A stretch of DNA of 36,403 nt, from the IMG/VR virus record IMGVR_UViG_3300032303_000410, positions 1 through 36,403 of that record, one strand, 5' to 3'. Of this stretch, positions 36,402 to 36,403 are shown in pieces. The notes below the pieces were generated by a model. That model saw nothing but the letters and a program-made list of their open reading frames with translations, ran no database searches and was not told the origin of the DNA. Both the position numbers and the translations under genes were made by a program. This DNA is from a virus. Its lineage: Duplodnaviria; Caudoviricetes. Every line of letters begins with the position of its first letter. The stretch's first letter is position 1.

Positions 36402-36403
36402 AA

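Noticed and set aside
1-36403. tRNA/ncRNA genes or stop-codon reassignment
   Set aside because: Intergenic gaps are under ~90 nt with no cloverleaf visible by eye; genes tile fully under the standard code and TAA, TGA and TAG all act as stops.

Overview
This is a 36.4 kb segment of an AT-rich tailed dsDNA phage, with no host genes. All credible genes lie on the minus strand, and many are translationally coupled through TAATG, ATGA or TGATG overlaps. In transcription order (right to left) there are three blocks. (1) Head-tail joining genes, major tail protein, two paralogous tail assembly chaperones, a 1735-aa tape measure, large minor tail proteins, a fibre and an Ig-like adhesin, then small coiled-coil ORFs. 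(2) A replication/recombination block: MerR-like HTH, DnaB-like helicase, primase, SSB, DnaE-type polymerase, MazG-like protein, RecA-like protein, PD-(D/E)XK nuclease, Cas4-like nuclease and RuvC-like resolvase. (3) DUF3310, terminase small and large subunits, and a signal-peptide-bearing Ala/Thr/Val-rich protein cut off at the left edge. The layout resembles large actinobacterial siphoviruses (Streptomyces BE/BK-like) but at low GC, which suggests a freshwater actinobacterial host (inference). The most interesting signal is that the short (G) and long (GT-like) tail chaperones appear to be separate duplicated genes, each with its own promoter and translation signals, rather than products of a programmed frameshift. 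Four minus-strand ORFs missing from the supplied track were read by hand. All calls come from motif recognition only; no searches were run.
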